Both the position numbers and the translations under genes were made by a program. Below, piece after piece: positions 1 through 8,000 of a stretch of 33,304 bases of DNA (within the stretch, counting starts at the first letter, position 1; each line of letters begins with the position of its first letter). The notes below the pieces were generated by a model. The model ran no database searches. It was not told the origin of the DNA and saw only the letters and a list, made by a program, of their open reading frames with translations. Source of the stretch: Pseudomonadota bacterium (GTDB lineage Bacteria > Desulfobacterota > Desulfobacteria > Desulfobacterales > RPRI01); the NCBI GenBank assembly GCA_043825875.1, contig JBDRRF010000023.1, forward strand, positions 1 to 33,304. Reading direction: 5' to 3'.

Positions 1-302
1 TTGGAGCGAAACAACTCCGGGAGGGACAATTTAAGGGCTTCTCTCTGAATTCTTTAATCTGGATAAGGAATGATGTGGCGGTCAGCTAATAGCTGGGATG
101 CCGGATAAACGTAACGATTAGATAAAGAATTCGCCGCATGAAAGAACCGCCGGAAGCAAAGTGCACATTACCAAAAGTGCAGCAATAGAGCTGTTCTCTC
201 AATTTGGCGAAGAATATAAATAACTGATTATATTGTAATTATATTTAGCGTAATTTTGCTTGACATAAGGAGTATAGAATGTCCCCATTACTTCCCCACT
301 AA

Positions 303-569
303 CTAATCGGATTCCCACAGTCTATCAAACTCTTCTTTCGTGAGGTTTGCCTTTTCATTAGGTAGAGCTACCTTTTGATTATCAAATATCCCGTATTCCC
401 CATATCGATAGTGGGAAGAGGGACTTTTATGAATAACTTTTCCGGCATTATCTAACCCTATTTCTTTATGAACAATACCTTCATTGTCTATTTCAGTATA
501 TAATACGACCATTTTATCAAATGCACCCAAATCGGCTATATCTGGCTCTGTCCACTTTAAGTAAAACAA
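303..569 (-). CDS. Putative cytoplasmic immunity protein for orphan Rhs tip 3 (~88 aa, acidic)
   Basis: Lies directly after the stop of the 581..1975 ORF. An AGGAGA RBS overlaps that stop, followed by TTG at 569 (the ORF track extends to 617). No signal peptide. Position is typical of rhsI. Confidence 0.65.
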   Translation of the reverse strand: MFYLKWTEPDIADLGAFDKMVVLYTEIDNEGIVHKEIGLDNAGKVIHKSPSSHYRYGEYGIFDNQKVALPNEKANLTKEEFDRLWESD

Positions 570-580
570 TTGTCGATCTC

Positions 581-1975
581 CTACTTTATGATTGGTGTTT
601 GCCTGAACCATTTCCATGGCTTATTCCAATTGTACTTATGTATATGATAGTGAAAAGATAATTTGAATCCTGTATTCGGGTTGGTTCCTCCTCCTTTTAT
701 GCCCCAAGTACGAACAGCTCCTTTAGCCCCTGGGCCTTCAACTAATTGCTTTGAGACTATTGTTGGACCTTTTCTGAACCAATCTGAAAATTGCCCCGTC
801 TTTGATGAAAGATTTGAAGCACATTGTTGAGCTGTTTTGGATTCGCCCAACGTCAGAACAGTTAATACTTGTTCACCAACCATGGCAGCTGAATTTAAAC
901 CAAACCCAATATAATTATCATTCTCAAGGGATGTTAGTGCATTATCCCAAGCCACTTGACCAGGAACAAAAGTTCGCAGTAACCAATGACTTTTAAAGAG
1001 CCCATATGGATCGATAAAGTTCGTGGGATCATTTAGGACATAGTTATAGAGATTTATACCCCCATCTAACCCAATCGGATCTGCTCTCAAATACCTCCCC
1101 ACCTCAGGATTATAGTACCTATGAAAATTATAATGCAGCCCGGTTTCTCTATCCCAATACTGCCCAGGCAACCTGAAATTATTCACTACAGTAGAATTCG
1201 GATTTACATCCGCTTCCCCAAACGGCTGATAATCGGCATTCCAGACAACAGCCCCGGTTTCATCAATGATCCTCTGAGGCGTTCCCAGATGATCATTGAT
1301 ATAATAATAAATCTTTTCATCATATATCGGCGTCACAACTGTTACAACCGATTGGGACAATATCCCGCTAATATCAAAGAGTGATGCCAGCAGCAGGGGT
1401 TCGGGCTTAAATTCCGGTGGCTTGCCGTCAAATCTAACAGGATTGGGGTCATTAGTCAAATTCATTGCAAGAAGATCAAGTTGAAGATCAACTGTAGTTT
1501 CTTCGTTAGTAAGCACATTAACCACATCCGACCAATATTGTGTGCCGTTGTAATCCACCCGGAACTTATATGCCTTGGCCGGTATCAAAAACCTTGCCAT
1601 ACCCGCACTATCGGTTCTTATTACCCGCCCTAAGTATGACCCAGTTTCTGTAAATAGGTACACCGGTGCATCATAAATATCCGTGCCGGTTTCTGTAACA
1701 TGAATGCTGGCATAACCATGACCGATATCGATTGCAGTGTTTTGGGAGTTAAAGACTTCCGACCAGTATTGACTGCCCAGATAATCGGCTCGCACTTTAT
1801 AGTCCTGTGCCGGAAGGCTGAATATTACCTGACCCTGAAAATCTGTTGTGGCATTTATCCCCTGATATGCACCCGATGATGTAAACAGATAAACTTTAAT
1901 GCTTTCAAGAGGAGTAAAAGCGGATTGATATACTTCATTAACATCATAATGGGCAATGCTAAGCACATCTGACAT
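581..1975 (-). CDS. Orphan Rhs cassette 3: two Ig-like repeats + Rhs core + distinct C-terminal tip
   Basis: Near-identical to the 3' part of the 2419-aa gene up to the core (YYYINDHLGTPQ...RYLRADP...NDPTNFIDPYGL), then a unique 138-aa tip. No signal peptide or YD shell. Confidence 0.85.
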   Translation of the reverse strand: MSDVLSIAHYDVNEVYQSAFTPLESIKVYLFTSSGAYQGINATTDFQGQVIFSLPAQDYKVRADYLGSQYWSEVFNSQNTAIDIGHGYASIHVTETGTDIYDAPVYLFTETGSYLGRVIRTDSAGMARFLIPAKAYKFRVDYNGTQYWSDVVNVLTNEETTVDLQLDLLAMNLTNDPNPVRFDGKPPEFKPEPLLLASLFDISGILSQSVVTVVTPIYDEKIYYYINDHLGTPQRIIDETGAVVWNADYQPFGEADVNPNSTVVNNFRLPGQYWDRETGLHYNFHRYYNPEVGRYLRADPIGLDGGINLYNYVLNDPTNFIDPYGLFKSHWLLRTFVPGQVAWDNALTSLENDNYIGFGLNSAAMVGEQVLTVLTLGESKTAQQCASNLSSKTGQFSDWFRKGPTIVSKQLVEGPGAKGAVRTWGIKGGGTNPNTGFKLSFHYHIHKYNWNKPWKWFRQTPIIK

Positions 1976-2019
1976 AGAATCGTATCAATGTCTATACCCG
2001 TTCTTTTCGTATGAAAAAC

Positions 2020-2055
2020 ACCAGCGGTTAAAGAAATAAATCTCCAACCGCTGGT
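2020..2055 (-). terminator. Intrinsic terminator after the lipoprotein immunity gene
   Basis: ACCAGCGGTT (2020-2029) pairs with AACCGCTGGT (2046-2055); a T-run follows on the minus strand. Confidence 0.6.
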
Positions 2056-2095
2056 TTATGATAAATAAGTTTATAAGTTTAGTACGTAACATATA

Positions 2096-2659
2096 CTACT
2101 CTGGAGGTTGGAGGGTTAAAAAGGGCAATATTTGAACAGTCACAAATAAATTTTCATTATTGGTTAATATTATTTTTGTTGAAGCATCATAATTATTCCA
2201 ATAATAGTTTAGTATTAATCTAATGCGTTTAGTTTTTTCTGGATTTACCCAATCAGCCATCAATTGTGCAACATATTTATCTTTTCCTTTTGTACTATCA
2301 ATAAAGCGTTGCCATTTTCGATCACTATATTTATAATATTCCTCAACGTATGGTATCAAATTAATTTGTTTCATCTCTGTCTCATAAAATATTAAAACAC
2401 CATTTGCAGGATAACATTCTTTAATCTCATAATTTACCCCTTTAATTTTACCTTTATTTATCGAAAACCTATTTATTTTTCTTGATTCTGGATAGATAGG
2501 GATTTGTAAAACATCAGAGTCTGAGATATTATTTATTTCTTTAGTATCTGAAGATATTTCTTTACAACCTGCTAATGTAGAAATTATACAAAATACTACT
2601 AAAACATATTGACATTTATTTATTATTTGTATCAGTTTCAATTTCATATTTTTCCCCAT
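2096..2659 (-). CDS. Putative lipoprotein immunity protein for orphan tip 2
   Basis: Starts 22 nt after the tip-2 stop. Hydrophobic N-region with LAGC lipobox; very AT-rich. Confidence 0.65.
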   Translation of the reverse strand: MGKNMKLKLIQIINKCQYVLVVFCIISTLAGCKEISSDTKEINNISDSDVLQIPIYPESRKINRFSINKGKIKGVNYEIKECYPANGVLIFYETEMKQINLIPYVEEYYKYSDRKWQRFIDSTKGKDKYVAQLMADWVNPEKTKRIRLILNYYWNNYDASTKIILTNNENLFVTVQILPFLTLQPPE

Positions 2660-2681
2660 ATTGTTTCATATTTTATTAATA

Positions 2682-4043
2682 TTATATAGGTTCAGGGCAG
2701 TTACATCCCCGATTATCATAAAATCCAGATGTCGTAGTGACTTTTGACATAAATAATGAGTTAGTTGGCTCTTCAACAATAGAAGTATGTATAAAATATT
2801 TAAACTGAGTTTCCTCCCACTCTCTTTTAGGGCATTCATTAATTCCACATTTGAATTTTGCTTCATAGAGGACATCTTTCATATAAGTATTTTCTTGTAC
2901 GAAGCTGACCAACTCCCATTGGCATATACAGGCTACTTCTACCACATCTCCTGACCTACTTGGAAGCGGAAGAGCGTTTGCCTCACTAACTTTTTTCCAT
3001 TTTTTCTTTGATATAGATGCAGTTAGTGTTCCAGTATTATTAGCACTTTCATAAACAGATACCCGTTGCCACGGAGATAATCGCTCACAATAAAAGCCTA
3101 TAAAGTCAAAATATTTAATTGGATTATTTAGGGCATACCCATAAAGATTAACCCCTCCAGCTATCCCAATCGGGTCTGCCGTCGAGTACCTCCCAAGCTT
3201 AGGATTATAGTGCCGGTGGTAGTTATAATGAAGCACCGTTTCAGAGTCATAATACTGGCCCGGCAGCCTAAAATTATTCACCACAGTAGAATTCGGATTT
3301 ACATCCGCTTCCCCAAACGGCTGATAATCAGCATTCCAGACAACAGCCCCGGTTTCATCAATAATTCTCTGAGGCGTGCCCAAATGGTCATTAACATAAT
3401 AATATATCTTTTCATCAGTTATCGGCGTTACAACCGCCACAACCGATTGGGACAGTATTCCACTAATATCAAAGAGCGATGCCAGCAGCAGGGGTTCGGA
3501 CTTAAATTCCGGTGGCTTGCCGTCAAATCTAACAGGGTTGGGGTCATTAGTCAAATTCATTGCAAGAAGATCAAGCTGAAGATCTACTGTAGTTTCTTCG
3601 TTAGAAAGCACATTAACCACATCAGACCAGTACTGCGTGCCGTTGTAATCCACCCGGAACTTGTATGCCTTGGCCGGTATTAAAAACCTTGCCATACCCG
3701 CACTATCGGTTCTTATTACCCGCCCTAAGTATGAACCTGCTTCCGTAAAGAGATACACTGGGGCATCATAAATATCCGTGCCGGTTTCTGTCACATGAAT
3801 GTTAGGATATCCATGATTGATATCAATTGCAGTATTTTGAGAGTTAAATACATCCGACCAGTATTGCCCACCAAGATAATCTGCCCTAACCTTATAATCC
3901 TGTTGAGGTAGATTAAATGTTACCTGCCCCTGAGAATCTGTTGTGGCATTTATCCCCTGGTATGAACCCGATGATGTAAACAGATAAACCTTAATACTTT
4001 CAAGAGGAGTAAAAGCGGATTGATATACTTGGTTAACAACCAC
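2682..4043 (-). CDS. Orphan Rhs cassette 2: two Ig-like repeats + Rhs core + Cys-rich tip
   Basis: Homology to the main rhs starts at ~4076. Core YYYVNDHLGTPQ...RYSTADP...NPIKYFDFIGF, then a unique 136-aa tip. GTG start with no obvious RBS, so probably a silent cassette. Confidence 0.85.
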   Translation of the reverse strand: MVVNQVYQSAFTPLESIKVYLFTSSGSYQGINATTDSQGQVTFNLPQQDYKVRADYLGGQYWSDVFNSQNTAIDINHGYPNIHVTETGTDIYDAPVYLFTEAGSYLGRVIRTDSAGMARFLIPAKAYKFRVDYNGTQYWSDVVNVLSNEETTVDLQLDLLAMNLTNDPNPVRFDGKPPEFKSEPLLLASLFDISGILSQSVVAVVTPITDEKIYYYVNDHLGTPQRIIDETGAVVWNADYQPFGEADVNPNSTVVNNFRLPGQYYDSETVLHYNYHRHYNPKLGRYSTADPIGIAGGVNLYGYALNNPIKYFDFIGFYCERLSPWQRVSVYESANNTGTLTASISKKKWKKVSEANALPLPSRSGDVVEVACICQWELVSFVQENTYMKDVLYEAKFKCGINECPKREWEETQFKYFIHTSIVEEPTNSLFMSKVTTTSGFYDNRGCNCPEPI

Positions 4044-4206
4044 TGTTACATCCTGGTGATTAATTGTAAGTACATCAAGTATTGAGTTGCATCAATAATC
4101 AATATATCAATACCTCATCTTCTCCCTAAGATATGATCCGGTTTCAGAAAAAAAGAAAAGCTGTTAAAAAAATATCAAGAACTAAAAAAAGTTTGAACCC
4201 TTTTCC

Positions 4207-4788
4207 TTAATCACTGTTCGAGGTTTGACCTGAATTTTGTCTTCCCTTTAATGGGTTATCCCAATTGGTTCCCTCCGCCTCTAATTTACTTATCATCTCT
4301 AGTAATCCTGTTTTTATTCCTTGATAATATTGATTTTGTTTAAACTTAGGTACAATTAAATCTTCGATAATTTTATGGCAATAATCATCAATTAATATAT
4401 CCGAAATACTTTTGCTGGTTTCAATTCTTATTTTTCTATTTTTAACGGCAATTAAGAGAAGAATATTATCAGATTTTCCGATTCCGGCTATTTTAAGCCC
4501 CTCCATAAATTCATTGGCATATCTTTCTATTGTTATTTCACCAGGGAGCTCCGTTATTATTATCACTGATATATTCCCAGGACCTTTCATATTATGCTTA
4601 TTAAGCAATGCATTAAGGTAAGCAGATTCCTTTTGGGTTAATAATTCTGCTTTATCATATATAACATTCTCATCAATTTTATTATTGGTTGACTCTTGCA
4701 ATCTATTACTGCCAGACAATAAAACAAAATTAAAAAATATAACAACAATAATTAAAAACTGCACAATTCTAATAGTATTTGTTTTCAT
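4207..4788 (-). CDS. TPM-domain (YgcG-like) exported protein, candidate immunity or partner of the main Rhs tip
   Basis: TPM motifs VIYDKAELLT, IERYANEF, DNILLLIAVKNRKIRIETS and IVPKFKQNQYYQGI; N-terminal hydrophobic segment; lacks the usual Gly-rich C-terminal tail. Confidence 0.75.
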   Translation of the reverse strand: MKTNTIRIVQFLIIVVIFFNFVLLSGSNRLQESTNNKIDENVIYDKAELLTQKESAYLNALLNKHNMKGPGNISVIIITELPGEITIERYANEFMEGLKIAGIGKSDNILLLIAVKNRKIRIETSKSISDILIDDYCHKIIEDLIVPKFKQNQYYQGIKTGLLEMISKLEAEGTNWDNPLKGRQNSGQTSNSD

Positions 4789-4808
4789 ACTTCACCTGCT
4801 GTACTTTA

Positions 4809-5021
4809 TTACTTTTTTATAAGTTTTATTAAAACTACTAATGCTATTGTAACTTCAGTAGCTATCAATAGGGCAATCCATATTGTAGCCAAGCCTGATG
4901 ACAAAATTAGCATAATAATAATTAAAGATAATAATGGAATAATTTCAATTAAGGATAGCTCCGTAAAGATTTTTAATAATACCTTGATTAATTTTAACAA
5001 AACCGCTTTCATGTTTATCAA
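4809..5021 (-). CDS. Small hydrophobic membrane protein, candidate immunity protein
   Basis: First ORF after the main rhs stop (12-nt gap). Two hydrophobic stretches with basic ends. The start may be the ATG at 5012. Confidence 0.5.
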   Translation of the reverse strand: MINMKAVLLKLIKVLLKIFTELSLIEIIPLLSLIIIMLILSSGLATIWIALLIATEVTIALVVLIKLIKK

Positions 5022-5033
5022 AGCCTATCTCTG

Positions 5034-8000
5034 CTACCAATTACCAGACGCTCCGCCTCCAGCCGAAAAACCTCCAACATCTCCAGCATTAGGTTGATTT
5101 GATTTGTTTCGACTCATACAATCTACAAAGTTATTAACCATTACTCTGGAACATTTATTTCGACATGTATTCATTTTGGCCATGTCATCTTCACATTTTT
5201 TCTTATCCCCACACACACATTCTCTCATGCAAGTTATATAAGAAACACCGGCTAATGTTCCACAGGCTGCTCCTTGGGCAGCTTTGGCTGTTTTATAAAC
5301 CCTATATCCATAATAAACGCATTGTAACAAAAGAGGGACAGCTAAGCCATCATGATCTATGTAATTTGCTGGATTGTCAAATGAATAGGTATAATTATTA
5401 TATTGTTGAGGGATTGTTAAAGAAAGTGGGACAAAAAATGGGACCCCCATATCTTCTGGAAAGAGCAAATTCCCAGGATCAGCTCTCAAATACCTCCCCA
5501 CTTCAGGATTATAGTACCTATGAAAATTATAATGCAGCCCAGTTTCTTCATCATAATACTGTCCCGGCAACCTAAAATTATTAACCACAGTAGAATTTAC
5601 ATTAACATCCGCTTCCCCAAACGGCTGATAATCAGCATTCCAGACTACAGCCCCGGTTTCATCAATAATTCTCTGGGGAGTTCCTAAATGATCATTGATA
5701 TAATAATAAATCTTTTCATCATATATCGGTGTCACAATCGCCACAACCGATTGGGATAGTATACCGCTAATATCAAAAAGCGATGCCAGAAGCAGGGGTT
5801 CGGGCTTAAATTCCGGTGGCTTGCCGTCAAATCTAACAGGATTGGGGTCATTAGTCAAATTCATTGCAAGAAGGTCAAGCTGAAGGTTTACTTCTGTATC
5901 CTCATTGGCAAGCACATTAACTACATCTGACCAGTACTGTGTGCTATTGTAGTCCACCCTGAACTTATATACCTTGGCCGGTATCAGGAAACGCGCCATA
6001 CCGGAGCTATCGGTTCTTTGCACACGTCCAAGATATGACCCGGTTTCAGTAAAGAGATATACCGGTGCATCATAAATATCCGTGCCGGTTTCTGTGACAT
6101 GGATGCTGGCATATCCGTGACCGATATCGATTGCGGTATTTTGTGAGTTAAAGACTTCCGACCAGTATTGACTGCCCAGATAATCTGCCCTAACCTTGTA
6201 ATCCTGTTGAGGCAAACTGAACGTTACCCGCCCCTGAGAATCTGTTGTGGCATTTATCCCCTGATATGCACCCGATGATGTAAACAGATAAACTTTAATG
6301 CTTTCAAGGGGAGTAAAAGTGGATTGATATACTTCGTTAACAACCACTGTTACATCCTGGTGATTAATTGTAAGCACATCAGATAGCATATTCGGCACCA
6401 CAACTATTTCAGACCAGAATTGATACCCCATGTAATCTGCTCTGAACTTATAACTTCCATCGGAAAGATCAAAAGAAACCCGCCCATCTTCATCGGTTTG
6501 CTGTGTGAGCCCAAGATAACTGCCGGTGGATGAAAACACATACACAGGTATACCGGCAATAGGACTTCCCGGCTCTTTTTCCACCGTTAATACAAAAGTG
6601 CCTCCGCCAGTGTCTATAACAACATCATTGGCCTGATGAGCTTCAACAGCCTCTGTAGCCCAGTACTCTTTGCTCTGATAGTCGGCCCTGAACTTGTATG
6701 TGTTTGTTGGAAGAATAAAATTTACAACGCCGTTTTCATCTGTTAGCGCACTGATATTCAAATAACTATCGGTAGAACTAAACACATAAACCGGTATATT
6801 TTCTATGGGCGTTATACCTTGAGATACCGTAACGGCTGCAAGCCCTTCATTTATAGTAATGGTCTGATCCGTCTGATTAACTACATCCGACCAGTATTGG
6901 CCTCCCAGATAATCCGCCCGCACTTTATAATCCTGCGCCGGAAGGCTAAATACAACCTGACCGTTTGCATCTGTTACAAGCTGCTGGTTCATATATGCCC
7001 CGGCTGCTGTAAACAGATAGACATTGATATTTTCAAACGCTACCACATCACCGTTGTAATCTCCGTTTACGGTAATAGTTACATCCTGATGACCGATATT
7101 ATGGGTAAGCGTATTTATATCCGGAACAGCAAAAACAAAAGTCCAGAACTGATAACCAAGATAGTCCATACGGATCTTGTAATTGCCGTCCGGCAGCTCA
7201 AAAAGCGCTTCTCCCTGATCATTTGTTGCACTATGATGGCCGAGATATACGCCATCACCGGTAAACAGGTAACAACTGATACCCGCCATCGGCTCACCGG
7301 TTCCTTTTAATACATTAAGCGTAAAATTGCCCCCGCCGGTAGATATGGTTATCGGGTTTAGCTGATCTGCGATCATGGTGGTATTTCCCGAAAAATACTG
7401 GCTGCCCATGTAATCGGCCCGGAAATTATATTCTCCTGCTGCAAGCCTGAAAGCAGCCTGCCCGGCAGCATCGGTGGTTCCATTGATTCCAAGGTATGAA
7501 CCAGCCGCATTGAAAACATAAACCGGTACTTCACTTAAAGGGTCATCGAGCCATGTTACAGTAATCTGCGCTTCGCACTCAGGTATAGTAACCGTCTGAT
7601 CGGTTTGCACAAACACATCGGACCAGAATTGTTGACCAAGATAATCAAGGCGCACTTTGTATTCTTTATCAGGCAGATTATACACAACCTTCCCGTTGGC
7701 ATCGGTTTTGGTGCTTTGCCCCATATAGGCGCCAGTTGCAGTAAAAAGATATGTGTTCAGGTTTTCTTTTAAAACAACATAGCCGTTATAATCTCCATTT
7801 GCAGTGATTGTAACATCCTGATGCGGGATTATTAAAGACGCCGACATATCAGAGCTGACATATATTGCGTCTGTCCAGAACTGATAACCAAGATAATCCG
7901 CTCTTATTTTATACATGCCGCTTGGAACACTAAAACCTGCCTGACCATCCGAATCGGTCTGACTGCCAAGACCAAGATAAGCTCCCTGTTCGCTGAAAAG

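Noticed and set aside
1121..1384. Plus-strand ORFs recurring opposite the Rhs cores (1121..1384, 3210..3683)
   Set aside because: Antisense shadows of the duplicated core DNA; their similarity follows from the minus-strand repeat.
581..6385. Diversity-generating retroelement (TR/VR) explanation for the three similar copies
   Set aside because: No reverse transcriptase; differences are mostly synonymous, not adenine-specific; the copies are long coding cassettes.
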